DNA of 60,278 nt from positions 1-60,278 of the forward strand of contig CAZGIZ010000004.1 of NCBI GenBank assembly GCA_964526655.1, written 5' to 3'. The notes below the pieces were generated by a model. It ran no database searches and had not been told where the DNA came from. It was given only the letters and a program-made list of their open reading frames with translations. The stretch is from an uncultured Desulfobacteraceae bacterium (GTDB lineage Bacteria; Desulfobacterota; DSM-4660; Desulfatiglandales; HGW-15). A program made the position numbers and the translations under genes. Of this stretch, positions 18,133 through 27,310 are shown one piece after another. Each line of letters starts with the position of its first letter. Position 1 is the stretch's first letter.

Positions 18133-18573
18133 ATGGACCTTATAAAGTGTATTGATGTATCTGCCAGCGGAATGACCGCCCAGAGGACCCGTCTGAATGT
18201 CATATCAATGAACCTTGCCAACGCCAACACCACAAGGACCGCAGACGGCACACCCTACAGGAGAAAGACGACCGTTTTCCAGACAGTGCCCATCGAGGAG
18301 GACTCCTTTGAAAGCCACTTTAAGAGCTCACAGGAAGACATGATATACGGGGTCAAAATATCAGGGATAGTCCCTGTTTCAGGGGATTTTAAAAAGATAT
18401 TCGATCCCTCTCACCCGGACGCCGATCAAAAGGGATTTGTATATCTGCCCAATGTGAATCTTGTCGAGGAGATGGTTCAGATGTTAAACGCCAACAGGTC
18501 TTACGAGGCCAACGCTTCCGCAATCAGGACCGCTAAAGAGATGGCCTTAAAGGCCCTTGATATCGGGCGATAG
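18133..18573 (+). CDS. flgC: flagellar basal-body rod protein FlgC
   Basis: SASGMTAQRTRLNVISMNLANANTT, DPSHPDAD and PNVNLVEEM. Confidence 0.95.
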   Translation: MDLIKCIDVSASGMTAQRTRLNVISMNLANANTTRTADGTPYRRKTTVFQTVPIEEDSFESHFKSSQEDMIYGVKISGIVPVSGDFKKIFDPSHPDADQKGFVYLPNVNLVEEMVQMLNANRSYEANASAIRTAKEMALKALDIGR

Positions 18574-18879
18574 GTGGCGAGCATGGACCCTATAAAAAAT
18601 CTGCCGCTTAACGCAGTTCAAAATCTATCCAATCTTGACAAGGGCAGGGGGAGCGAGGAAAAGGGATTCCAGGATACCCTGAAGTCCCTTATTTCCAAAG
18701 TGGACAGGGAGATAAAGGAAACCGACCGAAAGATGGAAGACTTCGCTGTAGGGAAACAATATAACCTCCATGAAATAATGATCGCCTCTGAAAAGGCCGA
18801 CCTCTCCTTCAGGTTCCTCCTCCAGATAAGGAACAAGCTTTTGGAGGCCTACCAAGAGATTATGAGAATGAATTTTTAG
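18574..18879 (+). CDS. fliE: flagellar hook-basal body protein FliE
   Basis: LHEIMIASEKA and IRNKLLEAYQEIMRM. Confidence 0.95.
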   Translation: MASMDPIKNLPLNAVQNLSNLDKGRGSEEKGFQDTLKSLISKVDREIKETDRKMEDFAVGKQYNLHEIMIASEKADLSFRFLLQIRNKLLEAYQEIMRMNF

Positions 18880-18931
18880 GTGATCCAAGAAGAACGATCC
18901 TCGCCTTTTACATCGCTTTATAGGAGTTGCA

Positions 18932-20509
18932 ATGGCAGAAAGCGCCGAAAATATTATTCAGATATTCAAGGCCATACCAACGGGCAAGAAAATATCCTTT
19001 GCCCTGACCTTCATAATGATCGTGGGAGGCTTTATCGCCCTTATCCTCTGGACCAATAGACCCGATTACCAGGTCCTGTTCTCCAATCTCGACACCGCTG
19101 ACGCCGCCAAGATAACAGAAAAATTAAGGGAGAAGAGGACCCCTTTTCAATTAAAGGACGGGGGCCGCGCAATCCTTGTCCCAAATGATTCCGTGTACCA
19201 ACTCAGGCTGGAACTGGCCAGCGATGGGATTCCCAGGGGTAATAGCGTCGGGTTTGAAATCTTTGACGACATGTCCTTCGGGACAACGGAATTTGTCCAG
19301 AAATTGAGATACCAGCAGGCCCTCCAGGGAGAACTGGCCAGGACCATTATGGAGTTCGACTCTATCGCCCAGGCCAGGGTCCATATCGTGCCTGCGGGTG
19401 ACTCCCTCTTTGCCCAGCCCGAGAAGCCAGCCACCGCATCGGTGGTCATAAGGCCCAACCCGGGGAGGACACTGGACCAGCGGCAACTTCAGGGAATTAT
19501 CAATCTCGTGGCCTGCGCCGTTGAAGGACTCAAGCCTGAAAACGTCACCGTGGTTGACATGGAGGGAGGACTGCTATCCAAGGGCCAGGACAATAACGGA
19601 CTCGGCGACCTCAGCAGCACACAGTTTGAATATCAGAGAAAGATAGAAAGCGTCTATGAGAAACAGATCCAGACCATGCTTGAACCGGTGGTCGGCCTAA
19701 ACAAAGTTGTGGCCAGGGTTTCAGCGGAAGTGGACCTGCGACAGGTAAATATCTCCGAAGAGAAATTCGATCCGGACAGTGTCGTCGTCCGCAGCGAACA
19801 ACGTCAAAAGGAGAGTTCGACCGACGGCAATAGATTACCCTCAGGTTCGCCCGACCTCCAATTGCAGGTTGGACAGGCCGGAGCTGAAGGTCAAAATTCC
19901 TCCTCAAAAAAATTCCAGAAAGAAAATTCCATAATCAATTATGAGATAAACAAGGTCAACAGACAGATAGTTGACACCTCGGGTGACATCAAGCGACTCT
20001 CGGCTGCCGTGATTATTGACGGGCCCTATGTCTCGGAAAAGGACGCAGACGGTAACGTGATTCAGAAGTTCGTCCCCCGCGACCGGAAGCAGATGAAGAC
20101 CTTTGAGGAGATAGTCAAAAGGGCGGTGGGTTTTAACGAGGAAAGGGGAGACCAGGTGACGGTCTCCAATATCGCCTTTAAGATTCAAAAAGAAGAACTG
20201 GCGGCCCAGACAGTAAGAAGTCCCGGCTGGCTTAATTATGCCAAGAAAGGCACAAAGCCCCTGTTGAACATCGGACTTGTCCTGATCTTCTTCCTCATCG
20301 CAGTCAGACCCTTCAAGCGATGGCTCAGCCAGACAAGCGAATACGTGGCCACAAAGGCCCTTCCCCAGGCGGAAGAATCGGATTTTGATTCCAAGACCGC
20401 AGAATTCCGTGTCAGGCAGCAGAACAAGCAGAGATTGATTGACGCTACCAAGGAAAACCCCGATGTCGCCGCAGATATAATCAAATCATGGATCAATGAG
20501 GTAAGTTAG
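18932..20509 (+). CDS. fliF: flagellar MS-ring protein FliF
   Basis: Two TM segments, VGFEIFD, YQQALQGELARTI and RLSAAVIIDG. Confidence 0.95.
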   Translation: MAESAENIIQIFKAIPTGKKISFALTFIMIVGGFIALILWTNRPDYQVLFSNLDTADAAKITEKLREKRTPFQLKDGGRAILVPNDSVYQLRLELASDGIPRGNSVGFEIFDDMSFGTTEFVQKLRYQQALQGELARTIMEFDSIAQARVHIVPAGDSLFAQPEKPATASVVIRPNPGRTLDQRQLQGIINLVACAVEGLKPENVTVVDMEGGLLSKGQDNNGLGDLSSTQFEYQRKIESVYEKQIQTMLEPVVGLNKVVARVSAEVDLRQVNISEEKFDPDSVVVRSEQRQKESSTDGNRLPSGSPDLQLQVGQAGAEGQNSSSKKFQKENSIINYEINKVNRQIVDTSGDIKRLSAAVIIDGPYVSEKDADGNVIQKFVPRDRKQMKTFEEIVKRAVGFNEERGDQVTVSNIAFKIQKEELAAQTVRSPGWLNYAKKGTKPLLNIGLVLIFFLIAVRPFKRWLSQTSEYVATKALPQAEESDFDSKTAEFRVRQQNKQRLIDATKENPDVAADIIKSWINEVS

Positions 20510-20510
20510 A

Positions 20511-21518
20511 TTGGAATCGACACCCTTCCTGACCGGCGCCCGCAAGGCGGCCCTCTTTTTAATGATCATGGGCGAAGACTTTACGGCCCAGGTCTTCAAA
20601 CACCTGGATGACAGGGAGGTAAAGCTCCTGGGGGAACACATGGCTGACGTGAAAAAGGTGGATCCCAGGACCATGTCCACAGTGATGGAGGAGTACTCAA
20701 AGGCCATGGGTGAAAGCGTACTTGGGATCTCCGGAAAGGACTTCCTCCAGAAAGCGGTCCCCAAGGCCTTTGACTCGAGAAAGGCCGATGACCTGTTAGG
20801 TGATCTTCTGGCAAGGGGAGCTGAAAAGTCCTTTGAAAAGCTGAGTTCCCTCAACCCCCAGGTATTGGCGAATCTCCTAATGAGCGAGCATCCCCAGACC
20901 ATCGCCCTCATCCTTGTAAACATGAAATATCAGACGGCCGCTGAAATCCTGCAGATTTTGCCGGAAAACCTCCAGGGTGAAGTCATCATAAGGATTGCCG
21001 ACCTGGAAGATGTCCCCAATGAAATAGTAAATGAAATCCATGAGGTCGTCGATGAAATGCTGTCAGATATGGGCAATGAGACCGGCGAGAATCAGGGCGG
21101 AATTGAGGCGGCCGCCGAGATCCTCAATCACCTGGATCACAAGACCGAAAACGCCATTTTCGAGAGGATTGAGAGCGTGAGGGAGGAGCTCGCGGATGAG
21201 ATCAGACAGAAAATGTTCGTATTTTCAGATCTCGTCACCCTCGATGATCGTTCCATCAGGACCCTGCTCAAGGAAATCAGCAATGATGAGCTGATATTGG
21301 CCCTGAAGACCGCGTCAGAGGATTTGAGTGAAAAGATATTCAACAACGTCAGCCAGCGTGCTGCCGAGATGATGAAAGAGGACATGGAAGTCATGGGCCC
21401 TGTCAAGCTGAAAGACGTGGAGCAGGCACAGCTCAATATTGTCATGGCCGCAAGGAGACTCGAGGACGAGGGGAAGATCGTCCTGGGCAACAAAGGGGGT
21501 GAGGAGATCCTTGTCTAA
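20511..21518 (+). CDS. fliG: flagellar motor switch protein FliG
   Basis: EHPQTIALIL, GGIEAAAEILN, MFVFSDL and GPVKLKDVEQAQ. Confidence 0.95.
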   Translation: MESTPFLTGARKAALFLMIMGEDFTAQVFKHLDDREVKLLGEHMADVKKVDPRTMSTVMEEYSKAMGESVLGISGKDFLQKAVPKAFDSRKADDLLGDLLARGAEKSFEKLSSLNPQVLANLLMSEHPQTIALILVNMKYQTAAEILQILPENLQGEVIIRIADLEDVPNEIVNEIHEVVDEMLSDMGNETGENQGGIEAAAEILNHLDHKTENAIFERIESVREELADEIRQKMFVFSDLVTLDDRSIRTLLKEISNDELILALKTASEDLSEKIFNNVSQRAAEMMKEDMEVMGPVKLKDVEQAQLNIVMAARRLEDEGKIVLGNKGGEEILV

Positions 21519-22266
21519 ATTGATAAAGAACGGAAATCCCCCACTCTTTAACATAGGGTCCTATGAGGCAGATTTCGTCAAACAGGATCGATCCACGCCT
21601 AAATCCAAAAATACCGACTATCATGGCGGTTTGCCCCTCGGCGAGGACCCTTCGGTCTCCGCCTGGAACCTCCCCGTCGTGGAAAAGGTGCGCGAGGATC
21701 AGGATAGTGAAGAGGGTCTGAAAGCCAGACTCGCGAAGCTCGAAAAGGAGGCCTATGAGAAGGGCTTTGAGCAGGGCCAGAGGGATGGCCTGGCCCTGGA
21801 AAAGAAAAAGATGGACGAGATGGGGAGACAGATCGAGGCCCTATGCGCCGGACTGAGGGATCTGAAGCCCCAGATCTATTCCGAGTCCGAAGGGGAGTTG
21901 TTAAAGCTGTCCCTCCTTATGGCAAAGAAGCTGTTGGGTGAGGAAATCAGGACGAATAGCGGAATCATAGGCAACACCATAAGATCCTGTCTGAAATTTT
22001 TAGTGGATAAGCGGAAAGTCAGGATCATAATGAATCCGGATGACATGGATGAAGCAAGGAAGATATTACCCGATTTAGCCAAGCTCACTAAGGGAGGGCA
22101 TTTCGAGTTGACCGGGGACAATTCTATTGAAAGGGGCGGTTGTATCCTGGAAACGGGCTTCGGGAAGATCAACGCAACCATCGACGATCAGATGAGTATG
22201 CTGGAAGAGGTGATTGAACAGCAGTATCAATCCTTCAGGAAAGAAGCCGGTGCGAGTCTCTCTTGA
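21511..22266 (+). CDS. fliH: flagellar assembly protein FliH
   Basis: AYEKGFEQGQRDG repeats and IERGGCILET. TTG start after GAGGAG. Confidence 0.9.
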   Translation: MSKLIKNGNPPLFNIGSYEADFVKQDRSTPKSKNTDYHGGLPLGEDPSVSAWNLPVVEKVREDQDSEEGLKARLAKLEKEAYEKGFEQGQRDGLALEKKKMDEMGRQIEALCAGLRDLKPQIYSESEGELLKLSLLMAKKLLGEEIRTNSGIIGNTIRSCLKFLVDKRKVRIIMNPDDMDEARKILPDLAKLTKGGHFELTGDNSIERGGCILETGFGKINATIDDQMSMLEEVIEQQYQSFRKEAGASLS

Positions 22267-23578
22267 AAAATACATAAACATGATTGATTCTTCCTGTCCT
22301 ATCAGGATTGAGGGCCAGGTTACCAAGGTTGTGGGTACGATAATTGAGGGGAACGGCCCTGCCATGCCGCTCGGCGGAATCTGCCATATCCTGCCATCCG
22401 CCTCCAGGGAACCCATAAACGCCGAAGTAGTGGGCTTCAGGGATCAACGCCTGCTCCTTATGCCCCTTGAAAAGTCAGAAGGCGTGGAGCCGGGCAGCGC
22501 TATCATCGGCAGGCGTTATGCAGCGAGCGTAGGGGTCGGTTTTGATATGCTGGGGAGGGTCCTTGATGGGCTCGGTAATCCTTTGGACAAGGGTCCTCCC
22601 CTGAGTCCCGTGACAACAGTGCCGCTCTATTCCCAACCCCTGAATCCGTTGCACCGATCCAGGATAACACAACCAATGGAAGTGGGCGTTCGATCCATTG
22701 ATTGTCTTGTCACCCTGGCAAAGGGACAGCGGGCAGCAATAATGGCTGGATCAGGAGTTGGAAAAAGCGTGCTCCTGGGTATGATGGCGAGATACACCAA
22801 GGCCGACGTGAACGTTATAGGCCTTATAGGAGAAAGGGGAAGAGAGGTCAAGGAGTTCATAGAACGCGACCTGGGGGAAGAGGGACTGAAACGCTCGGTG
22901 GTCGTCGCCGCCACATCCGATACCTCGCCCCTCGTGAGGATGAGGGGGGCCTACCTGGCCGCCGCCATAGCAGAATTTTTCAGGGATAATGAGAGGGACG
23001 TCCTCCTCATGATGGATTCGATTACAAGATTTGCCATGGCAGTCAGGGAAGTCGGCCTGTCGGCCGGAGAGCCGCCCACCAGCAAGGCCTATCCACCAAG
23101 CACCTTTTCACACCTTCCCAGGCTCCTTGAAAGGGCCGGCACAAACGGCCCTAAGGGTTCCATCACAGGGATCTATACGGTCCTGGTCGAAGGGGATGAT
23201 ATGAACGAGCCCATAGCCGACGCGGTAAGATCCATTGTGGACGGACACATAGTCCTTGACCGCGAATTGGCCTCAAGAGGACATTACCCAGCGGTCAATG
23301 TCCTCACAAGCATCAGCAGACTGATGAACGACGTGGTGGATAAGGATCATCTGGCAATGGCCTATGAGTTTCGAAGAATCCTGGCGGATTACGCAAATAT
23401 CGAGGACCTCGTAAAACTCGGGGCCTATGAGAAAGGCAATAACAAGCGGACGGACCAGGCCCTGGATATGATTGACGATCTTAACGACTTTTTACGCCAG
23501 GAAGTAGAAACCTCTTCTTCAATGGAGGATGCCTGCAGGAAGATGTCAAAAATATTGAGAGGCAAGAAGAGCCTTTGA
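22250..23578 (+). CDS. fliI: flagellar export ATPase FliI
   Basis: AGSGVGKS, LIGERGREV, MDSITRFA and DGHIVL. GTG start inferred. Confidence 0.95.
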   Translation: MRVSLEKYINMIDSSCPIRIEGQVTKVVGTIIEGNGPAMPLGGICHILPSASREPINAEVVGFRDQRLLLMPLEKSEGVEPGSAIIGRRYAASVGVGFDMLGRVLDGLGNPLDKGPPLSPVTTVPLYSQPLNPLHRSRITQPMEVGVRSIDCLVTLAKGQRAAIMAGSGVGKSVLLGMMARYTKADVNVIGLIGERGREVKEFIERDLGEEGLKRSVVVAATSDTSPLVRMRGAYLAAAIAEFFRDNERDVLLMMDSITRFAMAVREVGLSAGEPPTSKAYPPSTFSHLPRLLERAGTNGPKGSITGIYTVLVEGDDMNEPIADAVRSIVDGHIVLDRELASRGHYPAVNVLTSISRLMNDVVDKDHLAMAYEFRRILADYANIEDLVKLGAYEKGNNKRTDQALDMIDDLNDFLRQEVETSSSMEDACRKMSKILRGKKSL

Positions 23579-23621
23579 CCTGCCCTGCCTCCCTTAGGGG
23601 CATAGAGAAAAGGATAAAGTC

Positions 23622-24071
23622 GTGGCTTTCGCATTCAGATATGAGGCCTTACTATTTTATAAACAGCACCTGAAGGAAAAGGCGGAGATTGAACTGTCCC
23701 TTTCACAGCGCCGGCTGAGGGAGTGCCGGGAGTTGCTGCAGGAGTATAAGGAAGGCCTTTGGCAGATCGGCTCTGACCTGGGCGTTGGGCTCAAGGCGAA
23801 AATGCCTTCCCATATAGTCAAGAATCATTCCGATTACATGGAGTCCCTGAAGACGAAGATCGAGTTTCAGGAGATGGAGATAATCAGGGCGGAGAGGGTA
23901 GTGGCCGAAAAACTGAATAACCTCCTTGCAAAGACAAAACAATACAAGATATTTGAAAAACTCAAAGAAAAGGATTGCCAAAAATGGAGCCATCAACAGT
24001 ATTTACTGGAACAGAAGGAGACAAACGAGACGGCCGTTCTGAGGCATGGAAAAGGATTCTTAGAAAACTGA
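23622..24071 (+). CDS. fliJ: flagellar export protein FliJ
   Basis: MAFAFRYEALL N-terminus, coiled coil, EQKETNE near the end; follows fliI. Confidence 0.85.
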   Translation: MAFAFRYEALLFYKQHLKEKAEIELSLSQRRLRECRELLQEYKEGLWQIGSDLGVGLKAKMPSHIVKNHSDYMESLKTKIEFQEMEIIRAERVVAEKLNNLLAKTKQYKIFEKLKEKDCQKWSHQQYLLEQKETNETAVLRHGKGFLEN

Positions 24072-24616
24072 ATTTTTTCATAATCACCATCCTGGCCTTC
24101 TCCCTCCTGATGGTCGCGAAGATAGTCCTAAACGGCATATACCTCCAATTCAATCCCGCATCCTTTACTACTGCCGATCTGGCCCTCGCGCAGGAGGAAG
24201 AAACAAAGCCCGATGCGCTCCTGGATGAAAAAAATATTATGCTCCGGAAGAGGGAGGAAGAACTGAGAGAGAGGGAGGCGGAGCTAAAAAAGAGGGAGGA
24301 AGAGCTTCTTCCCCTCAAAAAGGAGATAGATGCCAAGATAGAGGAGCTTAACGAGCTCCAGACCAGGCTGACCCTCTTTGCAAAGGATTTAGCCGACAGG
24401 GAGGAGGCCTTGAAGGATTCTAAGATTACTCACCTCGTGGCCCTTTACAGCTCAATGGAACCAGCCCGGGCCGCGGTTATTATGGATCGACTGAATATGG
24501 ACACCATCGTTCGCATCCTCTCGAACATGAAGGGGAAGGTCGCTGGCCAGATTCTTGCCGCGATGGACCCGGGAAAAGGCGCCACCATAAGTGAAAGATT
24601 GAGTAAAATGGAATAA
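23984..24616 (+). CDS. motE: MotE/MgtE_N-like flagellar protein
   Basis: One TM, a coiled coil, and LVALYSSMEPARAAVIM...ILSNMKGKVAGQILAAMDP. The start codon is uncertain. Confidence 0.75.
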   Translation: MEPSTVFTGTEGDKRDGRSEAWKRILRKLNFFIITILAFSLLMVAKIVLNGIYLQFNPASFTTADLALAQEEETKPDALLDEKNIMLRKREEELREREAELKKREEELLPLKKEIDAKIEELNELQTRLTLFAKDLADREEALKDSKITHLVALYSSMEPARAAVIMDRLNMDTIVRILSNMKGKVAGQILAAMDPGKGATISERLSKME

Positions 24617-24624
24617 TGCCTATG

Positions 24625-24669
24625 AGGAAAATTTTACCTATCATTCATGCCCAGAGGTAAATTTTACCT
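24625..24669. promoter_or_regulatory. tandem 15-bp palindromic enhancer candidates
   Basis: AGGAAAATTTTACCT (24625-24639) and AGGTAAATTTTACCT (24655-24669), 30 bp apart, upstream of the sigma54 promoter. Confidence 0.65.
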
Positions 24670-24746
24670 TTGAAAGAGCCGTTCAATTTTGATCCCCTTA
24701 AAGATATCTGCTTGATAATATAGATTATATCGCACTTCTCGCCTTC

Positions 24747-24762
24747 TGGCACGACGATTGCT
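24747..24762 (+). promoter_or_regulatory. sigma54 promoter of fliK-flgD-flgE
   Basis: TGGCAC-GACGA-TTGCT, a full consensus match. Confidence 0.88.
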
Positions 24763-24813
24763 CATCCTCTTTGACGACAGAAACTTAGGCCAAAAACCAA
24801 TAGGGGCATTATC

Positions 24814-26526
24814 ATGAATAATACAGCAATCCTGGATCTATCGCCCATTTCCCTTGATACAAAGATCCAGGGTAAATCAAAGACGCCTTCCGATGTGGGA
24901 AATAGCCTATTCCAGGCCCTTTTAGCGGAAAACAGCGAATCATCGGTTAAGGATATATTGGGGACTTCCCTGTATAGCGAGGGAGGTTACGCCAAATTCG
25001 GATTATCCGGAAAGAATTCCGGTTCAAACTCGAACGGCCTTCAAATCCTCAATAAAAAGATCCGAGACCTCGGTCTTCCCTTTGCCCACCTGATGTTGCC
25101 GGAATCCTCGCTTCCCCAGTTGATATCTTTCCTCAAATCCCAGGGGCTTTCCATGGAAAAGATTGATCAAATGATCATATCGGCCCGAAATAAAGACGGC
25201 CTCTTGAGCCTGGACAAGATACTGGCCCAGCTCGCAGGCAGTGAAGGGAAAGCCTCGGATAAAAGCAGCCCTGTTGTCCAGTCGAGATATGTACCCATGA
25301 CGCAAGAGCTCCTTTTCCGGATGGGTCTTGGCGCCGGTGAGGTCAAGGAAGCCGTTGAAAAGTCCGTTAACCAAAAGGGTGATCTGGACCTGGACAAATT
25401 AAAGGCGGCGCTCGAAAAGAGTCTTCCGGGTCTGAGTTCAGGGTCCACTTTAAATGCCCTATTGGAAAGCAGCAACATAAAGGTCAAGCCCGATATCATG
25501 GAGGGCAAAACAACTGATCCCAATCTGAAAAAGGAATTTATGAACTTTCTCCAGACACCTTCACAGGATTTTCAGAAAAAGATCAAGCAGGACATGGCGG
25601 CCCTCTTAAGAGACAAGGGGATTCCCCCCCAGGAGGTCAAATCATTTCTTGAGACCCTTAACGCGGATTTCACACGATCCTACCTCAATAACAGGTCCTC
25701 AAAAAAGGGGGATGGAAATCTCGTGAATCAGATCGTAATAAAGGAAAAGCCTCACTGGCAAAGAGGGGAATGGAATGAAAAGATCCTGGAGATACTCAGA
25801 GACGAGCGGTTGCTGGTCTCAAAGGAGATAAACGGGAAAGGGTTTCATGAACAGGGAGACATCAAACTGAATCTGGCGGAGCTTTTAAAGAAAGGTGACC
25901 CGAGGATCGACACCGAAATCCTGACAGGGGAATCGGTTAAAAAAACAGGTGCGATAAATGTAAAGGCCGAATCACGTATCGAGAAGGGATCCCCCACTAC
26001 CCAGTTTAAAAATGAGTTGGGGTCCGATTTCACCCTCCACAAGACCGATAAGGAAATCAGGATTGCCAGCCCTGTGAATCAGGCCAGGGACGCATATAAT
26101 CTGCCGCAGCCCCTCCCGAAGATTCTTGATCGAATGATCTGGATGATACGCGCAGGGGAACAGAGCAGCAGGATAATGATACATCCTCCTGAACTCGGCC
26201 GGCTGGACCTGGACCTGGCCATTAAAAACGGGCACCTGCAGGCCCACCTGAGCGCGGAAAGCACGGTGGTTAAGGAAATCATTGAGGCCAATCTGAATCA
26301 GCTCAAACAGCAATTGAACGACCAGGGCCTCATTGTAGACAGATTCGAGGTGATGGTCGGTCTTGACGACAGGCAATTCAAGGAAGGCGACATGTGGGCC
26401 CGGAACGAACGCAGGGGCTCTTCATCAAAAAGGAGGACTGGTACCAATATCGGTGACCCTGTAATAGAGGAAAGTCCCCTTGAGCAATCGATGGGCAACC
26501 ATTATCAGATAGACGTGCATGTCTAA
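24814..26526 (+). CDS. fliK: flagellar hook-length control protein FliK
   Basis: C-terminal Flg_hook domain (IHPPELGRL...LKQQLNDQGLIVDRFEV); precedes flgD. Confidence 0.85.
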   Translation: MNNTAILDLSPISLDTKIQGKSKTPSDVGNSLFQALLAENSESSVKDILGTSLYSEGGYAKFGLSGKNSGSNSNGLQILNKKIRDLGLPFAHLMLPESSLPQLISFLKSQGLSMEKIDQMIISARNKDGLLSLDKILAQLAGSEGKASDKSSPVVQSRYVPMTQELLFRMGLGAGEVKEAVEKSVNQKGDLDLDKLKAALEKSLPGLSSGSTLNALLESSNIKVKPDIMEGKTTDPNLKKEFMNFLQTPSQDFQKKIKQDMAALLRDKGIPPQEVKSFLETLNADFTRSYLNNRSSKKGDGNLVNQIVIKEKPHWQRGEWNEKILEILRDERLLVSKEINGKGFHEQGDIKLNLAELLKKGDPRIDTEILTGESVKKTGAINVKAESRIEKGSPTTQFKNELGSDFTLHKTDKEIRIASPVNQARDAYNLPQPLPKILDRMIWMIRAGEQSSRIMIHPPELGRLDLDLAIKNGHLQAHLSAESTVVKEIIEANLNQLKQQLNDQGLIVDRFEVMVGLDDRQFKEGDMWARNERRGSSSKRRTGTNIGDPVIEESPLEQSMGNHYQIDVHV

Positions 26527-26547
26527 GAACAGGAAAGGAGTCTCCCA

Positions 26548-27228
26548 ATGATATCTGGAATAAACGGAATTTCCTACACCGATGATACGGACCTTTACAC
26601 CGAAGGCACGGAACAGGCCCTCGGCCGGGATGATTTTCTAAAGCTCTTTCTTGCCCAGCTGAACCATCAGGACCCCCTCAATCCCATGGACAGCACAGAG
26701 TTTTCTTCCCAGCTGGCCCAGTTCAGCAGCCTTGAACAGCTCTTTAATGTAAATGAAAACCTGGAATCCCTTAAGGACCTCCAGGATAACAGCAGCCGGT
26801 TCCAGGCCCTTGACCTGATTGGAAAAGATATCGAGGCGGAAGGCAATATAATATGCCTGGAATCCGGTGTGACTTCTTCCGGGAGTTTCTCAATCGATGA
26901 CTCGGCGGATTGCACGGTCCTTATAACAGATTCGGAAGGGTATCCCGTAAGAGAGATAGATCTTGGGACCCTGGAGCAGGGAAAGCACTCCTTTGATTGG
27001 GACGGGAGGGACATGAACGGGGAGCTGGTGGACAGCGGCATATACGCCTTTGAGGTCACCGCCCAGACCCAGTCAGGGGAGATCATAAAAGCTGAAAGCA
27101 GGATAAATGGCCGGGTGAACAGGGTAAACCTGGAAGGGGGAGAGCCTTTGCTTTATGTGGGTGACGTGCCGGTCAGCCTTTCACAGGTCCTGGACGTCAA
27201 CCTCCCGGAAACCGAAACAGAGGGATAA
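26548..27228 (+). CDS. flgD: hook capping protein FlgD
   Basis: LGRDDFLKLFLAQLNHQDPLNPMD, QLAQFSSLEQL and WDGRD. Confidence 0.95.
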   Translation: MISGINGISYTDDTDLYTEGTEQALGRDDFLKLFLAQLNHQDPLNPMDSTEFSSQLAQFSSLEQLFNVNENLESLKDLQDNSSRFQALDLIGKDIEAEGNIICLESGVTSSGSFSIDDSADCTVLITDSEGYPVREIDLGTLEQGKHSFDWDGRDMNGELVDSGIYAFEVTAQTQSGEIIKAESRINGRVNRVNLEGGEPLLYVGDVPVSLSQVLDVNLPETETEG

Positions 27229-27310
27229 TAAGGGAGATACGGACGGCTCACGATCCGGTTATCCCTTTCAACAATAGATACTATATTAATTGAAGGCATA
27301 GGAGGAAAAA

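Noticed and set aside
24041-24063. Possible frameshift at the motE start (ATG 24046 is one base out of frame with KRILRKL)
   Set aside because: An in-frame ATG at 23984 has AAGGA 9 nt upstream and gives a plausible N-terminus. The GAGG before 24046 is too close to act as an SD.
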